From positions 79,526 through 143,525 of the forward strand of contig JAJYWE010000001.1 in assembly GCA_021791675.1 (NCBI GenBank): DNA of 64,000 nt, in the 5' to 3' direction. The translations under genes were made by a program, and so were the position numbers. The DNA is from Actinomycetes bacterium. Lineage in GTDB: Bacteria; Actinomycetota; Acidimicrobiia; Acidimicrobiales; JAKAOS01. The notes beneath the pieces were generated by a model. It did not search any database. It saw nothing but the letters and a program-made list of their open reading frames with translations, and had not been told where the DNA came from. Below, in pieces: positions 45,194 through 54,537 of this stretch (its first letter is position 1; each line of letters starts with the position of its first letter).

Positions 45194-46485
45194 CGCGGCT
45201 CTCCTCCGATGTCCTGCGACTCTGGCGTCGCCTCCGCCACGGCCGGACCCAGGTCGGATCGACCCGTCGTCGACGACACCTCGGGGGTGATGTCCGCCGG
45301 CGGGCCTCCGGTTGCGGCGCCGTCACCCTCCGCAGCGCCGTGGCCCGGCTCTGCCTCCTCGCCGGTGCGCTCCTCGCTCGAGCCGCCACCCTCCAACCAC
45401 TGGCTGGCCGGCACGACCTCGCCACCCTCGGCCGGCTGCCACACCATCTCACCGCCCTCGGTCTCCACCCACTCACCCTCGGCCCACTCCTCGGCAGCCG
45501 CTGCCTCCTCGGCCTCTTGGGTCTCACTCTTGATGTCGATACGCCACCCGGTGAGCCTGGCCGCGAGCCGAGCGTTCTGACCCTCCCGACCGATCGCCAG
45601 CGAGAGCTGGTAGTCGTTGACGATCACCGTCGCCGTCCCCGACTCGTCGTCGAGGCGTACTTCCTTCACCCGGGCCGGCTGGAGGGCACGCTGGACGAAC
45701 TCCGCGGGGTCTTCCGAGAACGGGACGATGTCCACGCGCTCGCCACGCAGCTCGCTCGTGACCATCCGAACCCGGGCCCCCCTCGCGCCGACGCACGCAC
45801 CGACGGGGTCGACGTTCGCGTCGTTGGACCAGACGGCGATCTTGGTGCGGTGTCCGGGCTCGCGGGCACAGGCCTTGATCTCGACGACCCCCGAGGCGAT
45901 CTCCGGCACCTCCAGTTCGAACAGCCTCTTGATGAGGCCAGGGTGCGTCCTGCTCACCACGATCTGTGGCCCCTTCGCCGTCTTGCGGACCTCGACGATG
46001 TAGGCCTTGACGCGGGCGCCGTGCTCGTAGCGCTCGTAGGGGACCTGCTCCGCCTGCGGCATCAGCGCCTCGACCTTGCCGAGGTCGAGGAGGGTGTAGC
46101 GGTTGTCGCTCTGCTGGATGAGCCCCGTGACGACGTCGCCCTCCCGGCCGGCGTACTCCTCGTACTTGAGGTCCCGCTCGGCCTCCCGCACGCGCTGGAG
46201 GATCACCTGCTTCGCCGTCTGTGCGGCGATTCGCCCGAAGTCGGCGGGGGTGTCGTCCCACTCTCGGACGACGTTCCCGTCGGCGTCGAGTTCCTGACCG
46301 TAGACCCGGAACTCGCCGGAGTCGGGATCGATCGTGACGACTGCTTCCTCGGCTGCGTCGGGGCGTCGCTTGTACGCCGCCATCAGGGCGTTCGCCAGCG
46401 CTTCGAGCAGCACGTCCACGCTGATCCCGCGGTCCCTCGCGATCTGGGAGAGGGCATCCATCAACTCGATGTTCTCGGTGCTCAT
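45190..46485 (-). CDS. nusA: transcription termination/antitermination factor NusA
   Basis: MSTENIELMDALSQIARDRGISVDVLLEALANALMAAYKR, then S1 and two KH domains and an acidic C-terminal tail. GGAAGGTGG upstream of the ATG at 46485. Confidence 0.96.
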   Translation of the reverse strand: MSTENIELMDALSQIARDRGISVDVLLEALANALMAAYKRRPDAAEEAVVTIDPDSGEFRVYGQELDADGNVVREWDDTPADFGRIAAQTAKQVILQRVREAERDLKYEEYAGREGDVVTGLIQQSDNRYTLLDLGKVEALMPQAEQVPYERYEHGARVKAYIVEVRKTAKGPQIVVSRTHPGLIKRLFELEVPEIASGVVEIKACAREPGHRTKIAVWSNDANVDPVGACVGARGARVRMVTSELRGERVDIVPFSEDPAEFVQRALQPARVKEVRLDDESGTATVIVNDYQLSLAIGREGQNARLAARLTGWRIDIKSETQEAEEAAAAEEWAEGEWVETEGGEMVWQPAEGGEVVPASQWLEGGGSSEERTGEEAEPGHGAAEGDGAATGGPPADITPEVSSTTGRSDLGPAVAEATPESQDIGGEPR

Positions 46486-47135
46486 GCGCGCGCCACCTTC
46501 CTGGCCTGGGATCTCGGCGGCTCGGCCACGCCGGACGCCGGTGTTCGGCGCGGGGCGGCGCTCGCCCACTCGAAGATCGTGCGAGCGCTCGAGATCTGTT
46601 CGTAGGAGAGCCTCGCCGTAGGTCCCCCAGCAACCCCGCCTGATCCGCCCGCAGCGACCACCGATCGGCCGGCAGTTCCCGTCGATCCGACCGGCGCGTC
46701 CGCGGGTGTCCTGGCCGTTTCGGAGGCGCCGGTCGCCTCGGCGAGGCGGACTTCGATCCCCTCTTCGTCCGCCACCAGGAGGACTCCCTCCAGGCGACGC
46801 GGGAGGTCGCCCCCAGGGCGAGTCTTCACGGCGACCCGCGAGCCCACCGCCCGTTGGAAGTGCACCGGACGACGGAGTGGACGCTCGAGCCCGGGGCTCG
46901 ACACCTCGAGCCCGTAGGGCCCTCGGGGCGCGAGGTCGGGCCGCTCGTCGAGGACGTCGGAGACGGCGTGGTTCGCGCGTGCGAGCACGTCCAGGTCCAC
47001 CCCCTCCGGCCGATCGACGGTCACGAGAACCCGGTGCGGGGCGACCTCGACGTCGACCAACTCCAGGCCGAGTCCAGCGAGCGCGGGGCCGAGGAGCCCC
47101 TCCAGCACCTCTCCGCCCCGGTCGCCCACGCACAT
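46482..47135 (-). CDS. rimP: ribosome maturation factor RimP
   Basis: LELVDVEV...VLVTVDRPEGVDLDVLARANHAVSDVLD...YGLEVSSPGLERPLRRPVHFQRAVG is the RimP pattern. ATGA overlap with nusA. Confidence 0.88.
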   Translation of the reverse strand: MCVGDRGGEVLEGLLGPALAGLGLELVDVEVAPHRVLVTVDRPEGVDLDVLARANHAVSDVLDERPDLAPRGPYGLEVSSPGLERPLRRPVHFQRAVGSRVAVKTRPGGDLPRRLEGVLLVADEEGIEVRLAEATGASETARTPADAPVGSTGTAGRSVVAAGGSGGVAGGPTARLSYEQISSARTIFEWASAAPRRTPASGVAEPPRSQARKVARA

Positions 47136-47230
47136 CCTCGTCTCTCTCGTCACCGCCCGCTCCGGACGCGCCACCACCGGGCGGACCCGCTGGTCCGTCC
47201 TGCGCCAACCTGCGAGACCGAGCCCCGGCG

Positions 47231-47259
47231 AAACAAAAGCGTGGGCGGCTGCCCACGCT
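47231..47259 (-). terminator. rho-independent terminator: AGCGTGGGC-agcc-GCCCACGCT followed by TTTTGTTT
   Basis: Perfect 9-bp stem, 4-nt loop and a U-rich tract, read on the minus strand. It lies 115 nt downstream of the GNAT stop and 96 nt upstream of the rimP ATG. Confidence 0.7.
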
Positions 47260-47373
47260 TCTCCCCGGCCGATCCGGGAGCTGCCGCAGTATCGGTCACC
47301 TGTTGGCCTCCCGAGTATACCGGTGGCGGCAGCCCCCTTTTCGGGTCGCCCGGCTCGGGCATGCCGGCTGTGC

Positions 47374-48630
47374 TCAGAACGTCGTGGTGAGCCAGGGTGT
47401 GCGCTCGGCACGGAGGAGCTCTGCCGTCCGCGCGACGCCACCCGGCACAACCTCCTCCACGAGCCCCGCGCGAGCGAGGTGCCCGAGGTCGGTCCCGCCG
47501 AGGTAGGCCGCGCCGAGCGCATCGATGCCGAGCCGGACCGCCGGCTGGGCATCGCGCACCCGCTCGCAGTGGCCCCTTCCCGCTCGCACCTCGAGCGACC
47601 AGCAGCCGCGGTTCGCCGGGAGAAGCGGGTCCACGACCTCGAGCACCGCGCCCCCGTCCACGCCGTAACCTCGCGCCGCGAGGGCCCCGCGGACGTCGAG
47701 GATCCGCAGCCACGCACCGTCTCGCACCGCGAGCGTCTCGACGGCCCGAGGGTCGGGGAAGAGCAGCCGGAGCGGCTCGTCGAGGGACCGCAGGGGCGCC
47801 AGGACCTCGTCGGCGAGGTCCATCCGGGCAAGGTGGCGCCAGAGGAGGCTCGCCGCCCCGGGTTCCGGTGCCTGGAGGTCGACGACGTCGACGCGATGGG
47901 CCGAGGAGGGCCCCTGGCCGACGTCGTGCAGCCGGTACAGCGCATAACCGGCCATCTCCGCCCGAGCGTCGACCGCGACCAGAGCGTTCAGCGCGCTGGA
48001 GCCTTCGCGTTGGCGCGGCGGATCCGCAAGGTAGTCGTGCCACTCGAGCTCAGGGCGTGTGGCTCCGCCGGGCACGGTTGTGCACGCCGCCCGGTAGACC
48101 GCCCTCAGCCCTTCCGCCACCTCCTCGGGCCACGCATGCTCGAGGCGCCAGGCCGAGCTGGTCTCCCGCGGCGCCTCGCCGACCCGGTCCCGGCGAACCC
48201 GGTAGGTGGCCCACCAGGTCGTCACTCCGAAGCCAAAACGCCCGTAGATCCCTCCCTCGCTGGCCGTGAGCAAGGCGAAGGGGAAGCCCTCCGCGCCGAG
48301 CGCCTGGAGCTGGTGGACGAGGAGCAACCGGAGCAGCCCCCGGCGCCGGTGCACCGGGTGGACCCCGACGAAGCTGATCCCCGCCACCTCGGCGGCCTTG
48401 CCCCACGGGAGCGTGCAGCGGAGGCGGTAGGAGCCAGCGGTCGCCACGATCGCTCCCCCCTCTCGGACGACCAGGCAACGCTCGCTGTCCAGGAGTGTCC
48501 CGACCGTTCGGAGCTCGTCCGGGGGAAGACGGCCCGCGTAGGCGAGCTCGACAGCGGCGAGGAACGCCTCGACTTCCTCGGGTGCGATGGTCGAGATGCC
48601 CGGGGTTCCGCCGAGCGGTGCGGGCCTCAT
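47374..48630 (-). CDS. Eis/UPF0256-like GNAT N-acetyltransferase with a C-terminal SCP2-like domain
   Basis: The GNAT core VGVHPVHRRRGLLRLLLVHQL and the 418-aa three-domain layout are typical of the Eis family. Same position (downstream of ispG) as the GNAT gene in mycobacteria. Confidence 0.8.
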   Translation of the reverse strand: MRPAPLGGTPGISTIAPEEVEAFLAAVELAYAGRLPPDELRTVGTLLDSERCLVVREGGAIVATAGSYRLRCTLPWGKAAEVAGISFVGVHPVHRRRGLLRLLLVHQLQALGAEGFPFALLTASEGGIYGRFGFGVTTWWATYRVRRDRVGEAPRETSSAWRLEHAWPEEVAEGLRAVYRAACTTVPGGATRPELEWHDYLADPPRQREGSSALNALVAVDARAEMAGYALYRLHDVGQGPSSAHRVDVVDLQAPEPGAASLLWRHLARMDLADEVLAPLRSLDEPLRLLFPDPRAVETLAVRDGAWLRILDVRGALAARGYGVDGGAVLEVVDPLLPANRGCWSLEVRAGRGHCERVRDAQPAVRLGIDALGAAYLGGTDLGHLARAGLVEEVVPGGVARTAELLRAERTPWLTTTF

Positions 48631-48680
48631 CGCGGCGCCCGTCCCGGCGCGCTCGCGGCTCCCCGTGCGCCGAGCACGCC

Positions 48681-50015
48681 TCAGGAGCCGTCCTCGCGCT
48701 CGCGTCCCGGCGCAGGCGAGCCCGGCGCGCCCGACTGCCCCGGCTCGACCGAAGGTGACGCCGAGCTCGCCGGCGCTCCGTCACCGGGCGCTCGGAGGTG
48801 CTTCCGGATGAGCTCGACACGCGCCTCGCTGCCGTTCGCGTCTGGCCCCTTTGCACCGAGCAGAGTTGCCCGGTCGGAGGCCGCCTCACCCTCCGCACTC
48901 GGGTCGGCAGCCGCGAGGCGCGCCTCGATCCCCTGTTCCACGATCTTCTCGGCCTCGTCGACGAGCGCCGCGACCATCTCCGCCTCCGGGACCACGCGCA
49001 CGATCTTGCCCTTGATGAACAGGTGCCCCTTCTGGCGCCCCGCGGCGATACCGAGGTCCGCCTCGCGGGCCTCGCCCGGCCCGTTCACCACGCAGCCCAT
49101 CACCGCGACCTGGATCGGCAGCTTGCGGTCCTCGAGAGCCTCCTGGGCCTCCTTGGCGACGCGGATCACGTCGATCTCCGCGCGCCCGCACGAGGGGCAG
49201 GCGATGAGGTCGAGACCCTTGCGCTCACGCAGGCCGAGCGCCTCGAGGAGCTGGCGGCCCGCACGGGCTTCTTCGACGGGGTCAGCGGTGAGCGAGTAGC
49301 GGATGGTGTCGCCGATTCCCTCCGCGAGGAGCGTCGCGATCCCGGCGGTGGCCTTGACCAGGCCGGCCGGGGGCGGCCCGGCCTCGGTCACCCCGAGGTG
49401 GAGCGGGTGATCGGTCACCTCGGCGAGCTGGCGGTACGCCTCGATCATGAGCGGGACGTTCGATGCCTTCACCGAGATCTTCACGTCCTCGAAGCCGACC
49501 TCGGCGAAGTAGGAGAGCTCGAGGAGCGCGGACTCGACGAGCGCCTCGGGGGTCGCCCCACCGTGCTTGCGGTAGAGCTCTGGGTGCAGCGAACCGGCGT
49601 TCACCCCGATGCGGATCGGGACCCCGCGGTCCTTTGCCTTGGCGGCGATGTTCCGGATCTCGCCAGGCTTGCGGAGGTTGCCCGGGTTCAGACGCAGGCA
49701 GGCAACGCCGGCGTCGAGCGCTGCGAGCGCCATCTCGTGGTGGAAGTGGACGTCGGCCACGATCGGGACGGGCGCCCGGGGCACGATCCTCGCCAGCCCC
49801 TCCGCGGCTTCGGCCTCGTTGCAGGTGCAGCGCACGATATCCGCCCCGGCCGCCGCGAGTGCGTAGATCTGGGCGAGCGTGCCGTCGACGTCAGCCGTCT
49901 TCGTGGTGGTCATCGACTGGACGCTGATCGGTGCTCCCCCACCGACGGGCACCGAGCCCACCATGATCTGGCGCGTCGTGCGCCGCCGTGCCATCGCTAC
50001 CGTCGGTCGGGCCAT
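48681..50015 (-). CDS. ispG: 4-hydroxy-3-methylbut-2-en-1-yl diphosphate synthase
   Basis: RRTTRQIMVGSVPVGGGAPISVQSMTTT, RIGVNAGSL and ACPSCGR plus MGCVVNGPGE Fe-S ligand motifs. GAGAGGGG upstream of the ATG at 50015. About 55 aa of low-complexity C-terminal tail. Confidence 0.94.
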   Translation of the reverse strand: MARPTVAMARRRTTRQIMVGSVPVGGGAPISVQSMTTTKTADVDGTLAQIYALAAAGADIVRCTCNEAEAAEGLARIVPRAPVPIVADVHFHHEMALAALDAGVACLRLNPGNLRKPGEIRNIAAKAKDRGVPIRIGVNAGSLHPELYRKHGGATPEALVESALLELSYFAEVGFEDVKISVKASNVPLMIEAYRQLAEVTDHPLHLGVTEAGPPPAGLVKATAGIATLLAEGIGDTIRYSLTADPVEEARAGRQLLEALGLRERKGLDLIACPSCGRAEIDVIRVAKEAQEALEDRKLPIQVAVMGCVVNGPGEAREADLGIAAGRQKGHLFIKGKIVRVVPEAEMVAALVDEAEKIVEQGIEARLAAADPSAEGEAASDRATLLGAKGPDANGSEARVELIRKHLRAPGDGAPASSASPSVEPGQSGAPGSPAPGREREDGS

Positions 50016-50200
50016 TCGTTGCCCCTCTCTCGCTGCCTTCACGCGTGCACCTGGGTCCCATCCGCGACTCGCACCGCCCACCCGGCGACCCGCAGGTCCT
50101 CCGCGCCACATCCGCTGGCACCAGCGACGCACCGCCGGAGCGGAGCGCCACGCGCACCCCGGGCGACTGCTGCCACGAGCCGACCTCCCGGGCTCGCTCC

Positions 50201-51586
50201 CTACCGGAACGGGTTCGGGAGCGGATGGACGATGTCGAGGTAGGCCGCAGAGATCCCGAGCACCAGGATAAGGAGGAACACGACGTAGGTGAGCGGCAGG
50301 AGCTTCTCGTCGTCGGCGAGGTAGTGCCGACCTCGGAAGGAGCGGAGGCGCTCGTAGACCACGACCGCCACCCTGCCCCCGTCGAGCGGGAGCAACGGGA
50401 CCATGTTGAACAGGCCCACGAAGATGTTGATGCTGATGAGGAGATCGAGCACGTCCGCACCGCCACCCTGGGCCGCCTGCGACGCGAGGCGGGCGACGCC
50501 GATCGGGGACTCCAGGCGTACCTGGGACGCAGCCGCGCTCGCTGGCTGCTTCCCCTCGAGCTGGCCGAGGTAGAGCGAGATGCCGTGCGGCGAGAACAGG
50601 TTGCCGAGCGCCTCGACGTTGCGAACGAGGGTGGTCCCGAAGCCCTGGGCCGCCGTCGCGACGCCACCGAGTGGGCTCGAGCGAACGACGGCGACGGGGC
50701 TCTGGATCAGGACACCGATCACCCCGACCGGGGGTCCCTCCGGCGCGAGCGCCGGAGCACCCTCGAGGTGGTGGACCCGACCGTTGACCGGATGGACCAC
50801 CAGGTGCTCGAGGTGGGTGCCCTGGCGTACCTCGAGGGAGACGGGGCGCGTCCCGTCCTTCGCGAGCACGTCGCCCAGCTGCGCGATGTTCCCGATGCGC
50901 GCTCCGCCGGCACCCACGATGACGTCGCCGAGCCGGAGCCCCGCCGCCTCCGCCGGGTTCGCGACGCCCGCCACCTTCGGGAAGCCCACGACCTCCGCTC
51001 CCGGCTGGAGGCTCGCCTGGCCGTAGAAGACGACCAGGCCCCACAGCAGGACCAGGGCGAGCAGGAAGTGCACGGTGGAGCCGGCCACCGCCACGCCGAG
51101 CTTGCGGGGAAAGGTCGACTGCCGGAAGGTTCTCGCCTCGTCCTCGGGCGCGACCTCCTCGAGGTTGGACATCCCGAGGATCCGCACGTAGCCCCCCGCC
51201 GGGATGGCCTTGACCCCATAAGTCGTCTCACCTCGGGTGATGGACCAGAGCCGCGGCCCGAAGCCGAGGTAGTACTCCGTCACCTTCATCCCGCTCCACT
51301 TGGCAACGAGGAGGTGCCCGAGCTCGTGCAGCATGATGAGCGCCACGATTGCGAGGATCACGCCGACCGCACCGAGGACGTGGAAGGCCCCCGCGAGGAC
51401 GAGTCCCGCGGCGACGACGAGGACCAGGCGGGCGAGCGCGGCCCTCGAGCCAGGCGCGAACGCCTGCGTGCCGGCCGAGTCCGCGGGCCCATCGGGGCTC
51501 GTGCCGGGTGGCTCGGCGCTCGTGGTCGAGTCGGGACCCGCACTCGAGCGAGGGCCAGGCTGGTCGCGCGAGGGCTGCGTGCTCAC
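50201..51586 (-). CDS. site-2 (M50) membrane metalloprotease RseP/Rip1 with a PDZ domain
   Basis: HELGHLLVAKWSGMKV zinc motif, a PDZ region (GLRLGDVIVGAGG) and the C-terminal NMVPLLPLDGG motif. The start is uncertain (GTG 51586 chosen). Confidence 0.88.
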   Translation of the reverse strand: MSTQPSRDQPGPRSSAGPDSTTSAEPPGTSPDGPADSAGTQAFAPGSRAALARLVLVVAAGLVLAGAFHVLGAVGVILAIVALIMLHELGHLLVAKWSGMKVTEYYLGFGPRLWSITRGETTYGVKAIPAGGYVRILGMSNLEEVAPEDEARTFRQSTFPRKLGVAVAGSTVHFLLALVLLWGLVVFYGQASLQPGAEVVGFPKVAGVANPAEAAGLRLGDVIVGAGGARIGNIAQLGDVLAKDGTRPVSLEVRQGTHLEHLVVHPVNGRVHHLEGAPALAPEGPPVGVIGVLIQSPVAVVRSSPLGGVATAAQGFGTTLVRNVEALGNLFSPHGISLYLGQLEGKQPASAAASQVRLESPIGVARLASQAAQGGGADVLDLLISINIFVGLFNMVPLLPLDGGRVAVVVYERLRSFRGRHYLADDEKLLPLTYVVFLLILVLGISAAYLDIVHPLPNPFR

Positions 51587-51620
51587 AGGAGGGCCGGGCT
51601 GGTCGTGGAGGGACTGCGGT

Positions 51621-52799
51621 TCACGCGAGGACCCGCTCGATGGCACGGGTGGCTGCGCGGCGCGCCCGCCCGTCGGCCTCGACGACGTCCGCGACTTCGT
51701 CGAGCGGTGCACGGTCCCAGGAGGCGAGCACGTCCTCGGCGACCTCGGCGATCCCGAGCCACGGGAGCGCACCCCCGAGGAAGGCCGCCACGGCCACTTC
51801 GTTCGCCGCGTTGAGCCAGGCCGGTGCCCCACCACCCTCGCGACCGGCGGCGAAGGCGAGACCGAGACAGCGGAAGGTGTCCAAGTCGGGCGGCTCGAAC
51901 TCGAGGGTCTCGGCCGCCGCCCAATCGAGCGCACCGAAGGCCACCTCGGTCCGTACGGGCCACCCGAGCGCGTACCCAACAGGAAGACGCATGTCCGGCC
52001 GGGAGAGCTGGGCAAGTGTCGAGCCGTCCCGGAACGTGACCATCGAGTGGACGATCGACTGGGGGTGGATCACGACCTCGATGCGGTCGTAGTCGACGTC
52101 GAACAACTCGTGCGCCTCGATCACCTCCAGACCCTTGTTCATGAGCGTCGACGAGTCCACCGTGATCTTCGGGCCCATGCGCCAGGTCGGATGCGCGAGC
52201 GCCTCGTCCACCGTCACGGACGCGAGCGAGGAGCGGCTCCGGCCCCGGAACGGGCCGCCGCTCCCCGTGAGCACGAGCGTGGCGACCTCACCGCGCTCGC
52301 CGGCGCGAAGGCACTGATGGAGCGCACAGTGCTCCGAGTCCACCGGCACGAGCTCGGCACCGGGGGTTCGGCGCGCGCGCTGGACCACGGGCGCTCCGGC
52401 CACGAGGGACTCCTTGTTCGCCAGCGCGAGCCTGCGACCCGCCGACAGGGTCGCCATCGTCACCCCGAGACCGGCGAACCCGACCACGGCGTTCAGGGTG
52501 ACATCCGCCATGGCTGCGAGCTCCGCCAGCGCGTCCGGGCCAGCCAGCACCTCGATGCCCTCGGGCACCACGGCGGCGAGCGCCGCCGCACCCCCGGGGT
52601 CCGAGACGGCGAGGAAACGGGGCCGCGAGCGAGCTGCCTGGGCGGCGAGCGCGTCGAGAGAGGCCTGGCTCGAGCCACTCGCCGCGAGCGCGAGGAGCGA
52701 CCATCGACCGGGGCTGGACTCGATCACCTCCAAGGCTTGCCGACCGACCGATCCCGTCGAGCCGGCGACGAAGACCGAGACAGCCTGCTCAGTGGACAT
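51621..52799 (-). CDS. dxr: 1-deoxy-D-xylulose 5-phosphate reductoisomerase
   Basis: VAGSTGSVGRQALEV, LANKESLV, PVDSEHCALHQCL and the HPTWRMGPKITVDSSTLMNKGLEVIEAH motif. Confidence 0.95.
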   Translation of the reverse strand: MSTEQAVSVFVAGSTGSVGRQALEVIESSPGRWSLLALAASGSSQASLDALAAQAARSRPRFLAVSDPGGAAALAAVVPEGIEVLAGPDALAELAAMADVTLNAVVGFAGLGVTMATLSAGRRLALANKESLVAGAPVVQRARRTPGAELVPVDSEHCALHQCLRAGERGEVATLVLTGSGGPFRGRSRSSLASVTVDEALAHPTWRMGPKITVDSSTLMNKGLEVIEAHELFDVDYDRIEVVIHPQSIVHSMVTFRDGSTLAQLSRPDMRLPVGYALGWPVRTEVAFGALDWAAAETLEFEPPDLDTFRCLGLAFAAGREGGGAPAWLNAANEVAVAAFLGGALPWLGIAEVAEDVLASWDRAPLDEVADVVEADGRARRAATRAIERVLA

Positions 52800-54504
52800 G
52801 GAGGATCTCCAGGACGTAGTAGGCGACGGGCAGGACGAAGAGGATGGCATCGATGCGGTCGAGGACCCCGCCGTGCCCAGGGAGGAGCGTGCCCATGTCC
52901 TTCACCTGGAGGTCGCGCTTCAGGAGCGACTCGGCGAGATCCCCGAGCGGCGCGACGACCATGACGACCACCGCCACGACGACGGCGTGGAGGAGCGTCC
53001 AGGGATGCACGTGGGCGAGCACGACGGCAGCGACGATGGCCCCGAGCACACCGCCGACCAGACCCTCCACCGTCTTGTTGGGGCTCACCGAGCGGAGCAG
53101 CGCGTGGCGCCCCACCTGCCGGCCGACCAGGTACGCCCCGACGTCGTAACCGATGGTGAGCAGCACCACGCCAGAAAGGTCGGCCACGCCGTGGCGGTGC
53201 GGGAACGTCGTCGGGTCGAGGAGTGCGGCCGCGTACGCCCCGAACACCCCGACCCACCCGAAGGCGAGGATGGTGACCGCGAGGTTGGCCGTCGCCCGCT
53301 GTCGACGGCCGTCGCCGAGGAACCAGGTGAAGCTCGCCGCCAGGGCAACCACCCAGGCGACCGGGAGGGCGGCGGTACCGAAGTGGTAGGCGGCGGGGAT
53401 CATGACCAGGGTCACCGCCAGCCCGACCAAGGTCGCCGGCCGGTACCCCGAGCGGCGGAGCACGGCGTACGCCTCGGCCAGCGCGAGGACGATGACGACC
53501 ATCACCAACGCGAGCGAGGACACCGGCCCGCCGAGGAAGGCCGCGATGGCAACGACCCCGAACGCCACCCCCGTGGCGACCCTGCGACCGAGCTCGCTCG
53601 CGGGACTCCCCTGCGCGGCCCGAGCGCGCTCCGGTCGAGCGAGCGAGCCCCCTCCCGGGAGCCCTGCAGCCGGCGCCACGGGGGACGGGGCTCCCACGAG
53701 CGGAAGGTCCTCGGGCCGCGGTTCCTCGGGCGCCGACCCCTCGGGCGACGGTGCCCTCGACGCCGCCTCCTGTTCGCCAGCCCCCCCTTCGGCCGGCTCG
53801 GGCGCAGGCGGCGCAGAGGTCGCCCCGCGACGAAGCGCGTGGCGCAGCCGCCCAGCGAGCCCACGCCGAGGAGCGGGAACCACCGTCGCAGGCGCGGAAG
53901 TCGTCGCCACTGACGCAGCCACCCCACCCTCGTCCAGCGCAACATCCTCTCCGCCGGAACCGGTCCATCCGTCGAGCGCCACAGGGCGAGCCGTCGTGAA
54001 CGCCGCACCCCGGAGGATCTCGGAGCTGGGTGCCGTTCCAGCCCCTGGGGCCTCACCGACCCCCGATGCCGTGACGTTCCCCGAGGCCCCGCCCGTCGTA
54101 TCGCTGCCGAGCACCGCTCCACCCTCGCGCTGCCCGGCCTCGTCCTCCCCGACGTCGACCGCTCCGGCCTCGTCCTCCCCGACGTCGACCGCTCCGGTCT
54201 GGAGCAACCCTCCCTCGCCCCCGGCGAAGACCAACTCGAAGGGCACGGCACCGTCGAGCGCGAGGCCGAGAGCGAGCATCCCCTCTGGTCGGAGCACCGG
54301 TTTCTCCTGGTCGAACAGCATCGGCGCGCTGTCGGAACGCGAGCCGGGCACGACGGGAGCTCCCGCTGACGCATCCCGGGCCAGCCCTTCGTCCGCGTCA
54401 GTCGACCCAGCCGGTTGCAGCAACTCCGGGGCCTCCGCCACGGCGTCGTCGCCCGACGGCGGCAACACCGGATCTCCGCGCTCGGTGCCCTCCTGCCGAT
54501 CCAC
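52789..54504 (-). CDS. cdsA: phosphatidate cytidylyltransferase with a ~300-aa acidic low-complexity N-terminal extension
   Basis: C-terminal 268 aa are CdsA (SPNKTVEG, GDLAESLLKRDLQVKDMGTLLPGHGGVLDRID). The ORF is continuous up to GTG 54504, which follows GGGAGG plus 4 nt. GC3 stays high through the extension. Confidence 0.85.
   Translation of the reverse strand: MDRQEGTERGDPVLPPSGDDAVAEAPELLQPAGSTDADEGLARDASAGAPVVPGSRSDSAPMLFDQEKPVLRPEGMLALGLALDGAVPFELVFAGGEGGLLQTGAVDVGEDEAGAVDVGEDEAGQREGGAVLGSDTTGGASGNVTASGVGEAPGAGTAPSSEILRGAAFTTARPVALDGWTGSGGEDVALDEGGVAASVATTSAPATVVPAPRRGLAGRLRHALRRGATSAPPAPEPAEGGAGEQEAASRAPSPEGSAPEEPRPEDLPLVGAPSPVAPAAGLPGGGSLARPERARAAQGSPASELGRRVATGVAFGVVAIAAFLGGPVSSLALVMVVIVLALAEAYAVLRRSGYRPATLVGLAVTLVMIPAAYHFGTAALPVAWVVALAASFTWFLGDGRRQRATANLAVTILAFGWVGVFGAYAAALLDPTTFPHRHGVADLSGVVLLTIGYDVGAYLVGRQVGRHALLRSVSPNKTVEGLVGGVLGAIVAAVVLAHVHPWTLLHAVVVAVVVMVVAPLGDLAESLLKRDLQVKDMGTLLPGHGGVLDRIDAILFVLPVAYYVLEILHVH
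54134..54196. repeat. perfect 30-nt tandem duplication inside the cdsA N-terminal extension (encodes GAVDVGEDEA x2)
   Basis: 54134-54163 is identical to 54164-54193, and the next 3 nt continue the unit. Confidence 0.9.
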
Positions 54505-54537
54505 TACACCTCCCGGCGCCCCGACCGCACGGCGCGC

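Noticed and set aside
47150-47299. 50-codon ORF with a well-spaced GGGAGG-N7-GTG in the rimP leader.
   Set aside because: It reads straight through the terminator stem and U tract. It is Arg/Gly-rich and is the tail of a 297-aa shadow ORF, so it is more likely non-coding. It is kept as a caveat in the leader finding.
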